From: a virus
Reading direction: 5' to 3' (one strand)
DNA length: 10,241 nt
UHGV virus genome: UHGV-1549180
In this document: piece after piece, positions 6,542 to 10,241 of the stretch
How the letters are laid out: each line of letters begins with the position of its first letter
Position numbering within the stretch: position 1 is the first letter of the stretch
The notes under the pieces: generated by a model
What the model was told of the DNA's origin: nothing
Database searches by the model: none
What the model saw: only the letters and a program-made list of their open reading frames with translations
Made by a program: the position numbers and the translations under genes

Positions 6542-6679
6542 ATGCTCAAGAAAGTCAAACGTCGACTTTACAAAGAAGGTAGATATTCATGCCAGTTGCC
6601 AAAATGCGACACAACAAAATGGAGTGTCGACGATTGGTGTAACTGGATAGATAGATACGGAACTTGGTGGGATAAATAA
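6542..6679 (+). CDS. 45-aa Cys/Trp-rich micro-protein (MLKKVKRRLYKEGRYSCQLPKCDTTKWSVDDWCNWIDRYGTWWDK)
   Basis: ATG lies 8 nt after the N stop, preceded by GAGGTGAG. Three Cys and five Trp in 45 residues. Below the ORF-track cutoff. Confidence 0.35.
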   Translation: MLKKVKRRLYKEGRYSCQLPKCDTTKWSVDDWCNWIDRYGTWWDK

Positions 6680-6733
6680 CAGGTAACTTAAGCGGATTTA
6701 TTTTCGCAGCAAACCACTTATTTGAGGTGAGAT

Positions 6734-6820
6734 ATGGAAGAAGAATTTGAAGAGTTCGAAGAGCATCCGCAGGATGTGATGGAACAATACCAGGATTATC
6801 CGTATGACTACGACTATTGA
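6734..6820 (+). CDS. 28-aa hyper-acidic micro-ORF (MEEEFEEFEEHPQDVMEQYQDYPYDYDY)
   Basis: Preceded by the same GAGGTGAG SD-like motif. Its 3' end overlaps the start of the ral-like gene. Could be a coupling or leader ORF. Confidence 0.3.
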   Translation: MEEEFEEFEEHPQDVMEQYQDYPYDYDY

Positions 6821-7004
6821 TAAGAATCAATGGTGTGGACAATTCAAGCGATGCAATGGATGCAAGCTGCAATCGGAATGCATGGTTAAGCCTGAAGAAA
6901 TGTTTCCTGTAATGGAAGATGGGAAATATGTCGATAAATGGGCAATACGAACGACGGCAATGATTGCCAGAGAACTTGGTAAACAGAACAACAAAGCTGC
7001 CTGA
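6804..7004 (+). CDS. ral: Ral-like restriction-alleviation protein (66 aa, Cys4 pattern C-x5-C-x2-C-x5-C)
   Basis: The sequence MTTTIDKNQWCGQFKRCNGCKLQSECMVKPEEMFPVMEDGKYVDKWAIRTTAMIARELGKQNNKAA matches lambda Ral as I remember it, and it sits downstream of N as in lambda. Recall-based. Confidence 0.6.
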   Translation: MTTTIDKNQWCGQFKRCNGCKLQSECMVKPEEMFPVMEDGKYVDKWAIRTTAMIARELGKQNNKAA

Positions 7005-7140
7005 TAGTGGCCTTTATTTTTGGCATAAATAACAGAATAAACACTGCACTGTGTATTCATTCCAACGAGTGAATACACGGAGCAATGTCGCTCGTAACTA
7101 AACAGGAGCCGACTTGTTCTGATTATTGGAAATCTTCTTT

Positions 7141-7167
7141 GCCCTCTAATGTGAGGGCAATTTTTTT
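7141..7167 (+). terminator. rho-independent terminator inside the PL operon (tL-like, expected to be read through under N)
   Basis: GCCCTC-taatgt-GAGGGC stem-loop followed by AATTTTTTT. The next gene's SD (GGAGGA, 7171-7176) follows immediately. Confidence 0.7.
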
Positions 7168-7179
7168 GACGGAGGATAT

Positions 7180-7491
7180 ATGAAATTACGTGTCTGGCAT
7201 ATCCCGCAAGTACCTATGAAACCGTTCATTGTAGAAGTGGCAAGTGTTGAAGAGGGTGTTCGCCTGATGGATGCACTGGCTGATTATGACGCCTTTCAGT
7301 ATGACAACAACATCAAGCCTGACTACTGCAATGCTAACGGCCTTGAGATGTGGGATGAGAGCCTTACTGATGAAGATTTATCAGATATGGGGCTTACGGA
7401 TCGCTGGGTAGATTGGTACAGCGAATGTCAATGTTACGACGACCCACGTAAATATATCGAAAGCCTGAAAGAAGAAATCTCAGCCGCCTAA
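7180..7491 (+). CDS. strongly acidic hypothetical protein (103 aa)
   Basis: Strong SD (GGAGGA). By my count 23 Asp/Glu against 9 Lys/Arg. Lies between ral and cIII in the PL operon. Confidence 0.6.
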   Translation: MKLRVWHIPQVPMKPFIVEVASVEEGVRLMDALADYDAFQYDNNIKPDYCNANGLEMWDESLTDEDLSDMGLTDRWVDWYSECQCYDDPRKYIESLKEEISAA

Positions 7492-7566
7492 GCGCGGCTT
7501 TACCGCATACCAATAACGCTTCACTCGAGGCGTTTTCGTTATGCAATCAAACAGAAGGAGCATCCT

Positions 7567-7737
7567 ATGCAACAGTTCGCTATTGCAGGGGCGGCATCGG
7601 TTCGCCCTTTCAACCCAATTTTATCGGTACAGCATTCACGAAAAAATATTTTAACCGGAGCAGACTTTAAACAACCAAGAATGAAAAGTTTGCTCGAAAA
7701 GCTTTGGGATATTTTGAAACAACAAGGCCGTCCATGA
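7567..7737 (+). CDS. cIII: CIII-like protein (protects CII from FtsH)
   Basis: 56 aa. Begins MQQFAIAG (lambda CIII begins MQYAIAG as recalled) and has a central amphipathic segment SLLEKLWDILKQQG. AAGGAG lies 6 nt upstream. Confidence 0.6.
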   Translation: MQQFAIAGAASVRPFNPILSVQHSRKNILTGADFKQPRMKSLLEKLWDILKQQGRP

Positions 7738-7892
7738 GTTTTACGGATAACTGGTCAGACGAAGAATTCATTCGTCAGATGAAAGAATTAATCGGTAACG
7801 AAGGAGATATTCATGTCACTTGCAACCACAGTGAAGGAGAGCAAGTTACAGAGACGCATGTACACGCAGAAAGCTCTCTGGTATCGCCATAA
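7734..7892 (+). CDS. 52-aa ORF in the kil slot, translationally coupled to cIII
   Basis: ATG overlaps the cIII stop (ATGA). Acidic; no family recognised. Overlaps the alternative ORF 7813-7983 in another frame. Confidence 0.3.
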   Translation: MSFTDNWSDEEFIRQMKELIGNEGDIHVTCNHSEGEQVTETHVHAESSLVSP

Positions 7893-7983
7893 TGGTGACC
7901 GCGAAGGAATGCGGGTATGCCTTAATTTGTCCCGAGTCGAAGTATTAAATCAGCGTTATTTCCTTGGGCCGTGTCCATTCTGA
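7813..7983 (+). CDS. 56-aa ORF in the kil slot (MSLATTVKESKLQRRMYTQKALWYRHNGDREGMRVCLNLSRVEVLNQRYFLGPCPF)
   Basis: Strong SD AAGGAGAT 6 nt upstream. Stops 10 nt before the erf ATG. Below the ORF-track cutoff. Confidence 0.4.
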   Translation: MSLATTVKESKLQRRMYTQKALWYRHNGDREGMRVCLNLSRVEVLNQRYFLGPCPF

Positions 7984-7993
7984 GAACAATCAT

Positions 7994-8599
7994 ATGAGCA
8001 AAGAATTTTACGCAAGACTGGCAGCTATTCAGGAGAATCTGAACGCGCCAAAGAATCAGTACAACTCATTCGGTAAATATAAATACAGAAGCTGCGAAGA
8101 CATTCTTGAAGGCGTTAAGCCGCTACTGAATGGCCTGTTTTTATCAATCAGCGATGAAGTTGTGTTGATTGGTGATCGGTATTACGTGAAAGCCACGGCA
8201 ACTATTACCGATGGCGAAAACAGTCATACGGCAACCGCCCTTGCACGAGAGGAAGAAAGCAAGAAAGGAATGGATTCTGCACAAGTTACTGGAGCTACAA
8301 GCTCTTATGCACGCAAGTATTGCCTCAATGGTTTGTTCGGCATAGATGATGCGAAAGATGCAGATACAGACGAGCATAAACATCAGCAGAACGCAGCAGC
8401 AAAGCAATCAAAGCCATCACCTACACCTGAACAGGTTTTAAAGGCATTCACTGACGCAGCAATGCAGAAAAACACCGTAGAAGAGCTTAAACAGGCGTTC
8501 GCCAAAGCGTGGAAGATGCTCGAAGGCACACCGGAGCAGCACAAAGCGCAGGACGTTTACAACATCAGACGAGATGAATTAGAAGGAGCGGCTGCTTAA
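7994..8599 (+). CDS. erf: Erf-family single-strand annealing recombinase
   Basis: From the internal ATG at 7994 the protein begins MSKEFYARLAAIQENLNAPKNQYNSFGKYKYRSCEDILEG, which matches P22 Erf as I recall it. 201 aa. Confidence 0.8.
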   Translation: MSKEFYARLAAIQENLNAPKNQYNSFGKYKYRSCEDILEGVKPLLNGLFLSISDEVVLIGDRYYVKATATITDGENSHTATALAREEESKKGMDSAQVTGATSSYARKYCLNGLFGIDDAKDADTDEHKHQQNAAAKQSKPSPTPEQVLKAFTDAAMQKNTVEELKQAFAKAWKMLEGTPEQHKAQDVYNIRRDELEGAAA

Positions 8600-8982
8600 T
8601 GGCACATTCGATTACTGTAAGACTAAACAAGCCAGCAAGAGAGTTTCAGGCCGGGGAAAATATCGGATTCAACATCCGTGCTGGCGTTCAGTATTACGAT
8701 CGCCAGACAAAAAAGAAAGAATGGACAAACTACAGCGCCGTTGTATTTGCCAAGCCGGGAGCGCAAGCGGATTACTACCGTAGTGTTCTTGTTGAAGGTG
8801 GCATTGTAGAAATTACCGGAGAAAACATCAGGGTTGATGTTTATCAGGGGCAAAATGGTCAATCAATCACTCTTGAATTACTGAATGCAAAGATTGGATT
8901 TGCAACTTCAGGAAACAGCCAACAGCAGCAAAGTAGCAATCATCAAAATCATCCTGAATACGACGATTCAATTCCCTTCTAA
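8599..8982 (+). CDS. ssb: short phage SSB-like single-stranded DNA-binding protein
   Basis: ATG overlaps the erf stop (TAATG). OB-fold-like pattern (EWxxxSAVVFAK ... GGIVEITGENIRVDVYQGQNGQ) and the acidic C-terminal tail DDSIPF, characteristic of SSB. Confidence 0.7.
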   Translation: MAHSITVRLNKPAREFQAGENIGFNIRAGVQYYDRQTKKKEWTNYSAVVFAKPGAQADYYRSVLVEGGIVEITGENIRVDVYQGQNGQSITLELLNAKIGFATSGNSQQQQSSNHQNHPEYDDSIPF

Positions 8983-9005
8983 AGTAGCAACATAAGGATT
9001 CCATT

Positions 9006-9302
9006 ATGCCAGCGCCTCTGTATGGTGCGGACGACGCGCGCCGCTGTTCCGGCAATTCCGTATTGGAGGTGCTGGATAAATTCAGAAAAAACTACGACCT
9101 GATAATGTCGCTACCGCAGGAAACGAAAGAGGAAAAGGAATTTCGTCATTGTATATGGCTTGCAGAGAAACAAGAACGCGAGCGAATTTACCAGACATCA
9201 ATCCGACCATTCCGCAAAGCCACATATACCAACTTCCCTGAATATATCGACCCGCGTCTGCGTAATTACCGCTCACGCTATGGCGCTATCAGTAATGACT
9301 GA
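9006..9302 (+). CDS. hypothetical protein (98 aa)
   Basis: AAGGA lies 7 nt upstream. Intact ORF in operon order after ssb. No family recognised. Confidence 0.5.
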   Translation: MPAPLYGADDARRCSGNSVLEVLDKFRKNYDLIMSLPQETKEEKEFRHCIWLAEKQERERIYQTSIRPFRKATYTNFPEYIDPRLRNYRSRYGAISND

Positions 9303-9312
9303 GGAATTTACC

Positions 9313-9477
9313 ATGAGAGGACTTGCATACAATCCCGGCATTCTTCCGGCAGAAATGATTATTCGCCAACGCGTAAAGCCAATGCCATCGAGAGAGGAAT
9401 TACTTAAGAGAAATAGTTTCGGTTCTGTTAATGACAACAAATATCTGAATGCGATGTTGCGGAGTGGGAAGAAATGA
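9313..9477 (+). CDS. hypothetical small basic protein (54 aa)
   Basis: GAGGAA lies 6 nt upstream of the ATG at 9313. The stop overlaps the next gene's ATG (ATGA). Confidence 0.4.
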   Translation: MRGLAYNPGILPAEMIIRQRVKPMPSREELLKRNSFGSVNDNKYLNAMLRSGKK

Positions 9478-9935
9478 AACAAATGTCACTAATTGAGATG
9501 GATGGATTCCTGAAAGGTAAATGCATCCCCCGAGATTTAAAGGTTAACGAAACAAACGCTGAATATCTGGTGCGTAAATTTGCTGAAGCGGAGGCCAAGT
9601 GCGCGGCGCTGGCGGCGTTGAATGCGGCAATGCATGAAACTATTGAAGCCGTTCGGAGTGTTGCGGATAACTCCAGTGGAATTGCCGGGTGGCATTTGAA
9701 TGGCGATATCGCTACATGGGAAGAGATTCTTCCTGAAATTAACGATATCGAAACCACAGCCACCGACGCTTTCTTGGCTGAAGTACGGGCGCAGGCGTTT
9801 AATGACCTTTGCTCGGTGTTCGTTAAGGACGCGACGGTTGCCGGGCTGGACGATGGCGACATCGTTACGGTGAAAGAAGCGACGGACGCCCTGCTGCATT
9901 GTGCGGAGCAGCTTCGCAAAGGAGGCAGCCAGTGA
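9474..9935 (+). CDS. hypothetical protein (153 aa), Ala-rich
   Basis: Translationally coupled on both sides. Coding character is strong enough to create long spurious antisense ORFs. Confidence 0.55.
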   Translation: MKQMSLIEMDGFLKGKCIPRDLKVNETNAEYLVRKFAEAEAKCAALAALNAAMHETIEAVRSVADNSSGIAGWHLNGDIATWEEILPEINDIETTATDAFLAEVRAQAFNDLCSVFVKDATVAGLDDGDIVTVKEATDALLHCAEQLRKGGSQ

Positions 9936-10241
9936 ACAAGATTGACTATCAGGCACTGCGTGAGGCGGCAGAAAAAGCAACGTGTGGCGTGTGGTCGCTC
10001 GAATATGGAGAGGAGAGATTTGATGCTGGTGATGCGCTAATTCATCGTGAAGTTGTTGGATATCTTCCCATTTGCAGAATTGAAGGAGCGCATCCTGAAA
10101 GCGGTTTCGATGAAGATTTCCAAATAGAACAGCAGGCCAATGCTGAATTCATCGCCGCAGCCAATCCGGCTACCGTGCTGGCACTACTGGATGAACGGGA
10201 AAGAAACCAGCAATACATAAAACGCCGCGACCAGGAGAACG
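9932..10241 (+). CDS. Ea22-like family protein, N-terminal part (partial, runs off the right edge)
   Basis: GTG start overlaps the upstream stop (GTGA) and AAGGAGG lies 6 nt upstream. The frame is open to the end of the window. The motif NAEFIAAANPATVLALLDERE is typical of lambdoid Ea22/ead-like proteins as recalled. Confidence 0.5.
   Translation, partial: MNKIDYQALREAAEKATCGVWSLEYGEERFDAGDALIHREVVGYLPICRIEGAHPESGFDEDFQIEQQANAEFIAAANPATVLALLDERERNQQYIKRRDQEN

Noticed and set aside
6555-7078. Minus-strand ORFs of 105 and 83 aa
   Set aside because: Antisense to the plus-strand PL operon (micro-ORFs and ral). No start context, and inconsistent with operon polarity.
7085-7183. 32-aa plus-strand ORF upstream of the acidic gene
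   Set aside because: It runs through the intrinsic terminator hairpin and the SD of the next gene and has no ribosome-binding site of its own.
8144-8862. Minus-strand ORFs of 87 and 79 aa
   Set aside because: Antisense to erf and ssb.
9428-9980. Long minus-strand ORFs (163 and 147 aa) antisense to the 9474-9935 plus-strand gene
   Set aside because: Ser/Ala/Arg-rich low-complexity translations with no SD, lying antisense to a well-supported, translationally coupled plus-strand gene. This is the usual antisense artefact of a GC-rich coding region.

Overview
This window reads as the immunity and early-control region of a lambdoid temperate phage or prophage of the enterobacterial type, with mosaic ancestry. 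All calls are from reading the sequence and from remembered protein families; no database search was run.

Layout: a divergent genetic switch sits in the centre. cI (4822-5508, +) faces a cro-like gene (4482-4712, -) across a roughly 110-bp operator region carrying TTACC-N4-GGTAA palindromes. The cro-side operon runs on the minus strand: cro, nutR, cII, a replication initiator O with ori iterons inside it, a toprim primase / DnaB-like helicase, then nin-region genes ending in NinB. The PL-side operon runs on the plus strand: OL/PL, nutL, N (near-identical to lambda N as I recall it), small ORFs, a Ral-like protein, an acidic 103-aa protein, cIII-like, a kil-slot ORF, Erf, a short SSB, and further small genes to a partial Ea22-like ORF at the right edge.

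I cannot point to one unambiguous novel system. The strongest candidates for follow-up are:
- a single-pass membrane protein fused to the 3' end of cI, in the rexAB/sieB-type exclusion slot;
- a strongly acidic 103-aa protein in the anti-defence neighbourhood between ral and cIII;
- a -1 frameshift in a T-run that splits the primase-helicase gene, which suggests either a replication-defective (cryptic) prophage or a homopolymer sequencing error;
- an oop-like antisense RNA candidate with its own extended -10 and intrinsic terminator;
- several translationally coupled micro-ORFs that fall below the 60-aa cutoff of the ORF track.
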